Shown here: one piece after another, positions 54,997-63,186 of the stretch
Numbering within the stretch: the first letter of the stretch is position 1
How the letters are laid out: every line of letters begins with the position of its first letter
NCBI GenBank assembly: GCA_947166565.1
Contig: CAMVEL010000007.1
Coordinates: 7,323-71,322, forward strand
Length of the DNA: 64,000 nt
Source: an uncultured Erysipelotrichaceae bacterium
GTDB taxonomy: Bacteria > Bacillota_I > Bacilli_A > RFN20 > CAG-826
Reading direction: 5' to 3'
Made by a program: the position numbers and the translations under genes
The notes under the pieces: generated by a model
What the model was told of the DNA's origin: nothing
Database searches by the model: none
Seen by the model: only the letters and a program-made list of their open reading frames with translations

Positions 54997-55170
54997 GTCC
55001 TTGTGCCGGCAAATTGTTAGGCGTCGTTGGAATCGTGTCACATGGCTCGAATATGGGCTTCGTCGGAGAGAGCGGAGTTTGTTCTTTTTCGGAGAATTGG
55101 CGTCGTCATGGGACAGCTTGTGTGTCAGGACGAGAGCAATTCTCCTCGTTCATACGAAGATCGTTCTCCC

Positions 55171-55220
55171 CGAAACACGAAGCAACAAACCAACAAGACC
55201 GTCCCACGTGGGCGGTTTTC
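55171..55220 (+). repeat. Repeat copy C (tail-head junction), abutting the 3' end of the minus-strand ABC-2 operon
   Basis: CGAAGCAACAAACCAACAAGACCGTCCCACGTGGGCGGTTTTC. Confidence 0.8.
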
Positions 55221-55224
55221 TATT

Positions 55225-56016
55225 TCACGATCCCGTGGACTCGTAACGCCTGGCGCATAACGTCCAGATCAACGTGGCCAAAGCGAAGAAAGCAATCGCT
55301 GCTCCGACAATGATCAAGCTCAACAAGTAGGGGTTGTAACTCCCATAGAGCAAAGTATCGACCGGCAGGGAAATGAATAAGCCAAATGGCAAGATGAAGA
55401 TCAGGATGAAGCGGATCGCCTGGGGGTAGATGGCGATCGGGTATTTCGCGTAGATCGTGAAGTTATAGACGATTTGCAGCAGGGGTCCGCTTTTCTTGAA
55501 GATGAAGGCCAAGGAAGATAAAGCGATCTTGAAGGAAGTGATGATGATCGCCCCGAAGATCGCCCCGATGATCAAGACGAAGATCGCCCCAAAACTGACC
55601 GATGTCTGGAGGTTCAGCCCGCAGATGGTGATCATGGTGACCCCGACGATGATCTCGCCGAAACCATCGGGCTGGAACGTCTCCGCGAACATCTGGAAGA
55701 TCACGGGCACAGGACGCAGGAAGTGCCGGTCCATATCGCCCAATTGGACCCTTCGATAAGCAACCAGCCAGAATTCGTCGCTGAAGAGGTGATCCAAGGC
55801 GATCGGAAGCATCGAAAAACCATAGAAGAAACCGACTTCCGCGGGAGTATATCCCTTCAAAGAAGGGATGGCTTGGAGAATGAAGAAGATGGAACCCAAG
55901 GAGCAGGCATTGGAAATCAAAAAGGAAAGGATTGAGATGATCGAGTCCTTCTTATATTCCAAGCGGGACATCATGCTGCGCTTGATGCAGGTGAGATAAA
56001 GCTTCACGTATCGCAT
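55225..56016 (-). CDS. ABC-2 type transporter permease (COG3694-like)
   Basis: It is a 263-aa protein with 6 TM segments, the last gene of the ATPase-permease-permease operon. Confidence 0.7.
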   Translation of the reverse strand: MRYVKLYLTCIKRSMMSRLEYKKDSIISILSFLISNACSLGSIFFILQAIPSLKGYTPAEVGFFYGFSMLPIALDHLFSDEFWLVAYRRVQLGDMDRHFLRPVPVIFQMFAETFQPDGFGEIIVGVTMITICGLNLQTSVSFGAIFVLIIGAIFGAIIITSFKIALSSLAFIFKKSGPLLQIVYNFTIYAKYPIAIYPQAIRFILIFILPFGLFISLPVDTLLYGSYNPYLLSLIIVGAAIAFFALATLIWTLCARRYESTGS

Positions 56017-56017
56017 C

Positions 56018-56857
56018 TTATCCTCCCTGCACCGTCACGATCTTGATCGCGTGGTTGAATAGCAATTTGCCGATGAGTTCCAATAGGACCCACCATCCGA
56101 AAGAGATGAGGATCACTTTTCCGCATTCGAGGTAATCGTATTTCATCATGAGGATGAGAATCGGGTTCTGGCTCATGCCCGCGAAGGGCATGTAGCTTAC
56201 GATTTCGCGGAAGATATTGGGGAAAAACGCGATCGGAAGCAAGGTGCCGGATAAGAAGGCGATCACCGTCGTCTTGAGCGCGTTTAAACCCCAGGCCGCG
56301 GTGGTGTAGAAGCACAAGATCCCGAAGATATAGGAAATCGCCCCATTCAATAAGCAGGCGAGGACGCTGGCGACGAGGAACAATAGGAAATGGGCGATGA
56401 AATCCCAGATTGAAGCCACGGGAAGATAGCCGATCCCAATGAGTACCCCGAGGCCCGCGGCGTACAAAGGAATCCCAAAGACCAGCGACATCATGAGGAA
56501 CGCTCCAATGTTCGAGGCGATGAATTTCCCGCGGTAGGAAATCGGCTTGATGAGGAAGTTTCCAATCGTCCCTTGCCGGATATCGCGGTTGATGAACCAC
56601 ACGGTATCGTCATTGAACGTCACGAAGCCGAAGATCGTCGTCAATACCACATAAACGATCATCTCTTTGTAGGTGAAGCCGTTGATCGAAGAATCGATCC
56701 CGCCTTCGCTACTTTGATAAACGGCGAGCCAAAGGAAAATGAGACAAGCCACTTCGGCGACGGTGACGATCGCCCAGGTGATGATGTTGAAGCGGTAGGC
56801 CATCACATCGATGGCCGACGCGCGGGCGAATGGCTTATATTTCCTCAGCCTACTCAT
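56018..56857 (-). CDS. ABC-2 type transporter permease (COG4587-like)
   Basis: It has 6 TM segments. The start is set to ATG 56857 (MSRLRKY), 4 nt after the ATPase stop. The listed start at 56878 is a TTG. Confidence 0.7.
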   Translation of the reverse strand: MSRLRKYKPFARASAIDVMAYRFNIITWAIVTVAEVACLIFLWLAVYQSSEGGIDSSINGFTYKEMIVYVVLTTIFGFVTFNDDTVWFINRDIRQGTIGNFLIKPISYRGKFIASNIGAFLMMSLVFGIPLYAAGLGVLIGIGYLPVASIWDFIAHFLLFLVASVLACLLNGAISYIFGILCFYTTAAWGLNALKTTVIAFLSGTLLPIAFFPNIFREIVSYMPFAGMSQNPILILMMKYDYLECGKVILISFGWWVLLELIGKLLFNHAIKIVTVQGG

Positions 56858-57854
56858 GTTCTTCTTCCTGCTGGGCAAGGATCTTCTTCACGACGTCTTC
56901 GATTGAGATGTCCGTGATTTTCATATCGATCGCGTGATATTGGGAGAAAGAGTATTGGATGATGTGCTCGAGCACGACCTTGTCCGCGTCAAATTTGAGC
57001 ATGACCTTATCTTTATGGTCTTCATCCAACTCCATCATGACGTCTTCGGAGAATGGTTTCACTTCATTCGGATCGACGCTCGGGGGGATGGTCAAGGTCA
57101 GGGTCTTGATGTTCCCGAACCGCCGCTTGATATTCCCCAACGGGCCATCATAGATGATCTTCCCTTTCTCGATCATGATGATGCGCGAGCAGAGGTTCTC
57201 AATGTCCGCCATATCATGGGTAGTGAGGACGACGGTGGTGTGGTATTTCGCGTTCAACGCGTGGATCGCCGTGCGGATCTTGTCTTTGACAAGGACATCC
57301 ATGCCGATGGTAGGTTCATCAAGGAAGAGGATCTTCGGGTTATGAAGCATCGATGCCGCCAAATCCGCGCGCATCCTTTGCCCTAAGGAAAGAGTGCGGA
57401 CCGGCTGATTCATGAATTCGTCGACGCCGAGGACGGAGGATAGGAATTGGATCCTTTCCTCATAATCGGAATCCGACACTTGATAAACCTCTTTGAGCAC
57501 TTTGAATGACTCGATCAAGGGGATGTCCCACCATAACTGGCTCTTCTGCCCGAAGACGACCCCGATGTCTTTGGCGACGATCCGGCGCTTCAGATAGGGC
57601 TCTTTGTCGTCGATCAATACCTTTCCGGAGGTGGGGGTGAGGATGCCGCACATCATCTTGATCGTGGTGGATTTCCCCGCGCCATTGGAGCCGATGTAGC
57701 CGACGATCTCGCCTTCCATGATGTCGAAAGAGACGTCATCGACGGCGCGGATCTCCGTGTATTTCCGGGAGAACAAAGTGGCAAGCATCCCAACGAGGCC
57801 TTTGCCCCTTATGGGTTTCCGAAAGATTTTGCTTAGGTTTTGGACTTGGATCAT
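56850..57854 (-). CDS. ABC transporter ATP-binding protein (COG4586-like)
   Basis: Walker A GSNGAGKST, signature LSLGQRMRADLAAS, and Walker B ILFLDEPTIGMD are present. The start is set to MIQVQNLSKIF at 57854. Confidence 0.85.
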   Translation of the reverse strand: MIQVQNLSKIFRKPIRGKGLVGMLATLFSRKYTEIRAVDDVSFDIMEGEIVGYIGSNGAGKSTTIKMMCGILTPTSGKVLIDDKEPYLKRRIVAKDIGVVFGQKSQLWWDIPLIESFKVLKEVYQVSDSDYEERIQFLSSVLGVDEFMNQPVRTLSLGQRMRADLAASMLHNPKILFLDEPTIGMDVLVKDKIRTAIHALNAKYHTTVVLTTHDMADIENLCSRIIMIEKGKIIYDGPLGNIKRRFGNIKTLTLTIPPSVDPNEVKPFSEDVMMELDEDHKDKVMLKFDADKVVLEHIIQYSFSQYHAIDMKITDISIEDVVKKILAQQEEEHE

Positions 57855-57915
57855 GTTGAGAATACCTTTGGTATCGTTCCTTATTGTACCGCAGCGGGCA
57901 AGGCAAAAGAAAGAA

Positions 57916-57999
57916 GCGTCCCTCGTGGACGGTTCTTTCGTCGTCGTGTGTCCCTCGTCCTGGAAATATTGGAAATCATCGACGACGAAGCAACAAACC
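57916..57999 (+). repeat. Repeat copy D (full unit, variant hairpin CGTCCCTCGTGGACGG), lying in the 5' region of the ABC-2 operon
   Basis: GCGTCCCTCGTGGACGGTTCTTTCGTCGTCGTGTGTCCCTCGTCCTGGAAATATTGGAAATCATCGACGACGAAGCAACAAACC. Confidence 0.75.
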
Positions 58000-58122
58000 G
58001 ACATTATTCAGGCGACTACTATGTTTATAAATGTAGAAAGTGTGGCGCAGCCTGGACAAAACATATTAGCTAACCATCACTTTATCGTTTGCTTAAGTTA
58101 AGTCGTCCATAGTGGCGATTCT

Positions 58123-58674
58123 TTATCTATATGATACGGAATACGCTGTTTTTTGTGTTCCGTTAAGCGGCTCGCCTTTATATGTTCCTTTAGCAGTAGC
58201 TTGAAGCAAATAATCAGTAAGGTAGCCATAGTTATTATAGGTTTGGCTTTCAATGGTTCTGATGGTTCTTTCTTCTATTGTTTCTGTATAATCAACATAA
58301 GCTTTAAATGGCTCTATAAAATATTGATATCCAAGATCCTTGCTATCTTCGCTTTCTTCTGCTTTTTTAAATTCATCTTTTATGGTTCTGTTTATTTCAT
58401 CAGTAAGATCATATTCATATTTTTCATCAGGAAGGAATTTGTTTTGTTCATCGTTCCATGAATAATTGAGCGTTGCGTTAATTGTTTGCCCCTCTCCAGA
58501 TAAGTCATCAAAATATGTAATTTTCAGTGTGGCGTGAGAATGATGATTATTCTCTATTTCTTGTATCTTTTGATAAAACTCTGAGTACTCAACCTTTTTT
58601 GGGCTATTGTTATTGTTACACGCCACTAAAGAGAGTGTTGAAATAAAACAAAATACTAAAAATCCCTTTTTCAT
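58123..58674 (-). CDS. Hypothetical lipoprotein (AT-rich gene)
   Basis: The signal peptide is MKKGFLVFCFISTLSLVAC with a lipobox. The mature part is Asn- and Glu-rich. No family was recognised. Confidence 0.6.
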   Translation of the reverse strand: MKKGFLVFCFISTLSLVACNNNNSPKKVEYSEFYQKIQEIENNHHSHATLKITYFDDLSGEGQTINATLNYSWNDEQNKFLPDEKYEYDLTDEINRTIKDEFKKAEESEDSKDLGYQYFIEPFKAYVDYTETIEERTIRTIESQTYNNYGYLTDYLLQATAKGTYKGEPLNGTQKTAYSVSYR

Positions 58675-58830
58675 AAAAATACCCTCAAATCGACATAGAT
58701 ATTTTAACATGGGACACGTAGATCATCTACAAAGTGATTGCGGCAAAAAGTTCCACGAACCTAAATGATAAAAATTGTTGCTAATTTGTTGCAAACTTTG
58801 TGCTAACATACGAATAATAAAGGAATTTTT

Positions 58831-59094
58831 ATGGAAAAAGTTTATAGAGTTGTTATGGTCTATCCGGACGGTCATGTCGAAGATGTCCAGGAAGAATTCA
58901 AAGAAGGCAAGGAAGCTCTTGAGTATGGGAACAATCTTTTGGCCCAGGTCTATAACACCGAAAGCGTATCCCGTCCGTCTACCAGCGGAATCGACGATGG
59001 CTTTGGCTTCAAGGAAAAGATCGAACCGTATTTCATGATCGTTGAAGTTCGCGGAAAAAAGATCCGCATGGTTTACGATAGCCATTTCCGTTAA
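58831..59094 (+). CDS. Small hypothetical protein (87 aa)
   Basis: It has an AAAGGAA RBS, coding-like composition and its own terminator. Confidence 0.5.
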   Translation: MEKVYRVVMVYPDGHVEDVQEEFKEGKEALEYGNNLLAQVYNTESVSRPSTSGIDDGFGFKEKIEPYFMIVEVRGKKIRMVYDSHFR

Positions 59095-59111
59095 TCACCA
59101 AACGCTTTATG

Positions 59112-59136
59112 ACCGCCTTCCGAAGGCGGTTTTTCC
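59112..59136 (+). terminator. Rho-independent terminator
   Basis: Stem CCGCCTTC / GAAGGCGG followed by TTTTT. Confidence 0.8.
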
Positions 59137-59185
59137 TTAAGGGGATGTTATAATTTGTTCTACTGAACAAAAAGAGGCTAGGCAT

Positions 59186-59863
59186 ATGACCGAAATCCAG
59201 GAATACCTCATTAACAACAAAGACGAGGGATATAGGGCCTTTACTTTGCCCTTAATTCCTAATGTCGAGCCATCTTCTTTTATTGGGGTGAGACTCCCCA
59301 TAATCAAGAAATACGTGAAAGAAGTGGGAGGAACCCTCAAAGAAGCCTTTTTAGATGACCTCCCACATCAATATCACGAAGAAAACATCCTTCACGCCTT
59401 TATCCTTTCTAATCTCAAAGATTATGACGAATGCATTAAGCGAATTGACGCTTTCCTTCCTTATGTTTCCAATTGGTCTGTATGCGATGCCATTTGCAAC
59501 AAACATTTGGCGAAACATAAAGATGAATTGTTGAAAGAGATTTACAAATGGCTTAAGAGCAAAGAGGTTTATCGGGTTAGGTATGCGGTTAAGTGCCTCA
59601 TGAATTATTTCCTTGGCGAGGATTTCCGCGAAGAGCATCTTTTAAAAGTCCAAGAGGTTAGGTTGAACGACTATTACGTTCAAACGATGATCGCCTGGTA
59701 TTTAGCTACCGGATTAGCGAAGAATTACGATTCTTTCATCAAGACGATTGAAGAAAAAAGATTCGACCCATGCATTCATAATAAGGCAATTCAGAAGGGC
59801 GTCGAATCCTTCCGCGTGAGCGATGAGCATAAGGCTTATTTAAAGACCTTGAAGATAAAATAG
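59186..59863 (+). CDS. DNA alkylation repair protein (AlkD/AlkC-like HEAT-repeat glycosylase family)
   Basis: It is 225 aa and carries a NWSVCD motif. Confidence 0.65.
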   Translation: MTEIQEYLINNKDEGYRAFTLPLIPNVEPSSFIGVRLPIIKKYVKEVGGTLKEAFLDDLPHQYHEENILHAFILSNLKDYDECIKRIDAFLPYVSNWSVCDAICNKHLAKHKDELLKEIYKWLKSKEVYRVRYAVKCLMNYFLGEDFREEHLLKVQEVRLNDYYVQTMIAWYLATGLAKNYDSFIKTIEEKRFDPCIHNKAIQKGVESFRVSDEHKAYLKTLKIK

Positions 59864-59964
59864 ATTCAACGATTAGGGACGAATGAACAAAGCTTTTGAC
59901 GGAAAAGGTGGTCTTTAGCGTACGTTTATCTATATAATTCATGCGTTGTACTTGGAGGAAACCC

Positions 59965-60930
59965 ATGAAAAAGTATTTAGGTACGATAATCACCGCGCTG
60001 GTCGTCTTGACCTTAAGCGTGCTCGGCTTCGTCTTCTGCCCCCCAAATCTCAATTCCGTTCAGGCGGAGACGCTCATGATTCTTGCAATAGTCTGCGGAG
60101 GTGCCGTGGCTTATTGCTTCATCGTTGGGGAAATCAGCCGTAACAATTCGCAAATGGATAAGCTTTGGAGCATCATGCCAATCGCTTATGCATGGATCGT
60201 CGCCGCCAAAGGAGATATGAGACCACGCCTCGTTATCTTCGCTATCATCGTTACTTTGTGGGGAATCCGTCTAACGATCAACTTTGCCCGCAAAGGCGCC
60301 TACAGCATCAAGTTCTGGGCCGGCGAAGAGGATTACCGTTGGCAGGTATTGCGTAAGAGCAAATACCTTTCCAACAAAGTCGCTTGGGCTTTTTGGGATC
60401 TATTCTTCATTTCCTTCTATCAAAACGTCTTGGTTCTTGCAATCTGCGTGCCAGCCCTCGCCGTTATGAGTTCCGATGCCCAGCTTGGGGCTTGGGACTA
60501 TGTGGCCTTCGCCGCCGCCCTTGGTTTCTTGCTTCTTGAGCTTGCCGCCGATGAGCAGCAGATGGCCTTCCATACCACCAAGAAGAAACTTCTCGCCGAA
60601 GGCAAAAAGCTTGAAGAACTCCCTGAGCCATTTAACAAAGGCTTCAATACCACGGGGTTATGGGGACACGCAAGACACCCCAACTACCTTGGTGAACAAG
60701 GCGTTTGGCTATCTTTGTATTTCATTGTCCTTGGAGCGGGAGCCGCTAACTACGGCGTCTTCAACTGGACGATGATTGGACCGCTCTTCCTAATCTTCCT
60801 TTTCCTTGGAAGTTCCGCCTTTGGCGAAAGCGTCTCCAACGCCAAATACCCCGAATTCCACATCTATATGGAACACGTTTCCAAATATGTTCCTTTATGG
60901 AAATACAATCCTGAAAAATATAAAGAATAA
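59965..60930 (+). CDS. DUF1295 / steroid-5-alpha-reductase-like integral membrane protein
   Basis: An HPNYLGE motif and multiple TM segments are present. The start is set to MKKYLGT. Confidence 0.65.
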   Translation: MKKYLGTIITALVVLTLSVLGFVFCPPNLNSVQAETLMILAIVCGGAVAYCFIVGEISRNNSQMDKLWSIMPIAYAWIVAAKGDMRPRLVIFAIIVTLWGIRLTINFARKGAYSIKFWAGEEDYRWQVLRKSKYLSNKVAWAFWDLFFISFYQNVLVLAICVPALAVMSSDAQLGAWDYVAFAAALGFLLLELAADEQQMAFHTTKKKLLAEGKKLEELPEPFNKGFNTTGLWGHARHPNYLGEQGVWLSLYFIVLGAGAANYGVFNWTMIGPLFLIFLFLGSSAFGESVSNAKYPEFHIYMEHVSKYVPLWKYNPEKYKE

Positions 60931-60953
60931 TTGACCCATCCGTCCTTGAAACC

Positions 60954-61481
60954 ATGGATTATATATTGGAAACAAAACGGCTTTTTCTTCGCGAAATGAC
61001 GGATGAAGATTTTTCCTCGCTTAAAAAGGTGATCGGCGATTCCGAGAACATGGTTTATTATGCCAAACCCTATGACGATGAAGGCGTGCAACGCTGGATC
61101 GATTGGTGTAAGGACTCCTATAAGAAAAACGGTTTTGGCCTATGGGCCGTAATCCTTAAGGAAACCGGTGAAATGATCGGCGATTGCGGAATCTCTATGC
61201 AGCCAATCAACGGTGGCTTGCTTCCTGAAATCGGATATCACCTAAGGAAGGATTATCACCGTCAAGGCATCGGTAAGGAAATGACGAAGGCCGTAAGGGA
61301 CTATTTCTTCGAACATTTCGATTTCGATGAAGTCTATTCCTATATGGAGGAAGATAACATCCCTTCATATAAAACCGCGGAAGCTAACGGCATGACTTTC
61401 CGAAGCATTTACAAAAGTGGGAATTTCGGGGCGTGCCGCGTCTATTCAATAACTAGGGACGAATGGAAAAGGATTAAATAG
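60954..61481 (+). CDS. GNAT family N-acetyltransferase (RimJ/RimL-like)
   Basis: Acetyl-CoA-binding motif HRQGIGKEM. Confidence 0.8.
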   Translation: MDYILETKRLFLREMTDEDFSSLKKVIGDSENMVYYAKPYDDEGVQRWIDWCKDSYKKNGFGLWAVILKETGEMIGDCGISMQPINGGLLPEIGYHLRKDYHRQGIGKEMTKAVRDYFFEHFDFDEVYSYMEEDNIPSYKTAEANGMTFRSIYKSGNFGACRVYSITRDEWKRIK

Positions 61482-61490
61482 AACAATTAA

Positions 61491-61527
61491 AATTAAAGGC
61501 CCGAATCAAACGGGCCTTTAATTTGTT
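61491..61527. terminator. Bidirectional rho-independent terminator between convergent genes
   Basis: The stem AAAGGCCCG / CGGGCCTTT is flanked by A-runs and T-runs on both sides. Confidence 0.75.
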
Positions 61528-61534
61528 TAATTGA

Positions 61535-63004
61535 TTAGGCGTTTAGGCTGTAATGGTCGCGTATGCGCGCACATTCCTCCGCGGTTAAGCGCATGATTGT
61601 GCCGTGGCGCTTGGTTAAACGATCCCAGCTGTAATCCTTATCTTCACCGGCGGAAAGCATGCGCCACGAACCGTTCTCGTTATGGATGTCTTCGATGTTG
61701 GTCGTAGCAAAAGGAAGATACCCTGCACCGGAATTCATGTATTGGTCGCCCATAAGACCATATTCGGGGACGTCTTGATTGGTCCTGTCGTCGCGGTTAT
61801 AGATGAACCATTCCGGTCCTTCTAGGTTTTTGTTGGAAGCAGGAGCGGAACCTCCCCATCCACCAGAAACCTTAAAGCCCGTATCAGCGAGATTGCCAAT
61901 TCTCTCCCAACTTTCATGATCGAAGAGATTCGTGGTTTTTTGAATGAGGATACCCCCTCCATCGACGTTGTTATCCCCGTCTTTGACGGCGGAATAATAA
62001 GTGCTTCCCAAACGGAGGATAGAGGCATCGATGACGATGCGTCTGCCTTCGTCCTGATTGTTGATTAAAAGTTTAGGCTCGGAGATATGAATGAAGTCGC
62101 GGGTTGTTACATAGTAAATAGCGTCTTTCTCGATCTTTTCCGAGTGGTCTTCGTTGACTAAGCAGGAAGCGAAGAAGATGACGTATTGCCCACTTTCCTC
62201 GTGGTAGATCATCTCGGGGGCCCAGGCCATCCCGGCGTTAGAAGGCGCAACCTCCAATAGACGTGACTCACTCCAATTTATTAAATCGCGGGATTCCCAG
62301 AAAACGAGTGAATGGCTACCGTTTTTTGAGAATTTGTCGTTCGTGTTCGCGCCCCAACCACCGCGAGTATAGACTGATAAGTCGGTCGCGACGATGAAGA
62401 AACGGTCGCCTTCTGGCGAACGCATCATAAATGGATCGCGAACGCCGTGTTCGCCGACAGTGCTTGAAAGAATGGGGTTGTTCCTCGTGCTTAAATCCTT
62501 GAAATGGAGACCTTTCCCTTGGTCGGCGAAGGCGAAATACATCTGTTCGCCAACGGCGATTTTCTCTCCGTTTTCCTCTTTTCCGTCTTCACTGATGAAA
62601 TGTCCGAACATATAGCCGACGTAATCTTCGTCCTTGATGTTCTTTTCTAGGGCTTTGACGGTCACTGTTTGGGCAAAGGAAGCGCAGCTTTTCTTTTCCT
62701 CGTCTTTGATAGTCGCGGTAAGCTTGACCTCGGTGTCGGTTTCCTTGCGGTGGACGACGCCAGCTTCCATTTGTTCTTCTTTCTTATCGGAGATAACTGC
62801 GGGGTCGCTGCTCTTCCATTCTATTTGTTTTCCATCGACTTCCGTCGGCAAATAGATGTTTCCATATATTTCGTTAGCGTTAGCAATGGTTAGTTCCTTT
62901 ACCAGTTCCTCATCCATTGGATCGCATGGCTTTTCGCCGTTCCCGCACGAAATGAGTCCGGCGCATAAAAGGCCTGCAAAGAATAAGCTTGATTTCCCGT
63001 TCAT
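61535..63004 (-). CDS. Glycoside hydrolase family 43 lipoprotein (beta-xylosidase/arabinanase-like) with an N-terminal Ig-like region
   Basis: It has a lipobox LISC and GH43 five-bladed-propeller motifs (DPF, WGP, LEGPEW). Confidence 0.75.
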   Translation of the reverse strand: MNGKSSLFFAGLLCAGLISCGNGEKPCDPMDEELVKELTIANANEIYGNIYLPTEVDGKQIEWKSSDPAVISDKKEEQMEAGVVHRKETDTEVKLTATIKDEEKKSCASFAQTVTVKALEKNIKDEDYVGYMFGHFISEDGKEENGEKIAVGEQMYFAFADQGKGLHFKDLSTRNNPILSSTVGEHGVRDPFMMRSPEGDRFFIVATDLSVYTRGGWGANTNDKFSKNGSHSLVFWESRDLINWSESRLLEVAPSNAGMAWAPEMIYHEESGQYVIFFASCLVNEDHSEKIEKDAIYYVTTRDFIHISEPKLLINNQDEGRRIVIDASILRLGSTYYSAVKDGDNNVDGGGILIQKTTNLFDHESWERIGNLADTGFKVSGGWGGSAPASNKNLEGPEWFIYNRDDRTNQDVPEYGLMGDQYMNSGAGYLPFATTNIEDIHNENGSWRMLSAGEDKDYSWDRLTKRHGTIMRLTAEECARIRDHYSLNA

Positions 63005-63186
63005 AGAATAAACCTCTTCACTAAGTTAAAAACATATTAGGAAGCCTTTAATTACATTTAAACGACATTTTTGCGGAGTTGGCATCGATTTATTAAAGCA
63101 TAGGCCATTTCTTTGGGGGCTTCCTTCTAGGAACTGCTGATATTTGAGATTGCTATTGATGGGGAAAGGCGGATAATCAAAGGGCT

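Noticed and set aside
54835-55220. Possibility that the hairpin repeats are integron attC sites delimiting gene cassettes
   Set aside because: No GTTRRRY / RYYYAAC core sites are found. The cassettes are in opposite orientations, one carries its own promoter and riboswitch, and no intI is in the window.
55001-55313. Three overlapping small plus-strand ORFs in the 410-bp gap between the CPA1 gene and the ABC-2 operon
   Set aside because: They are mutually overlapping frames with no RBS. The region is a pile-up of degenerate copies of the intergenic repeat rather than coding sequence.
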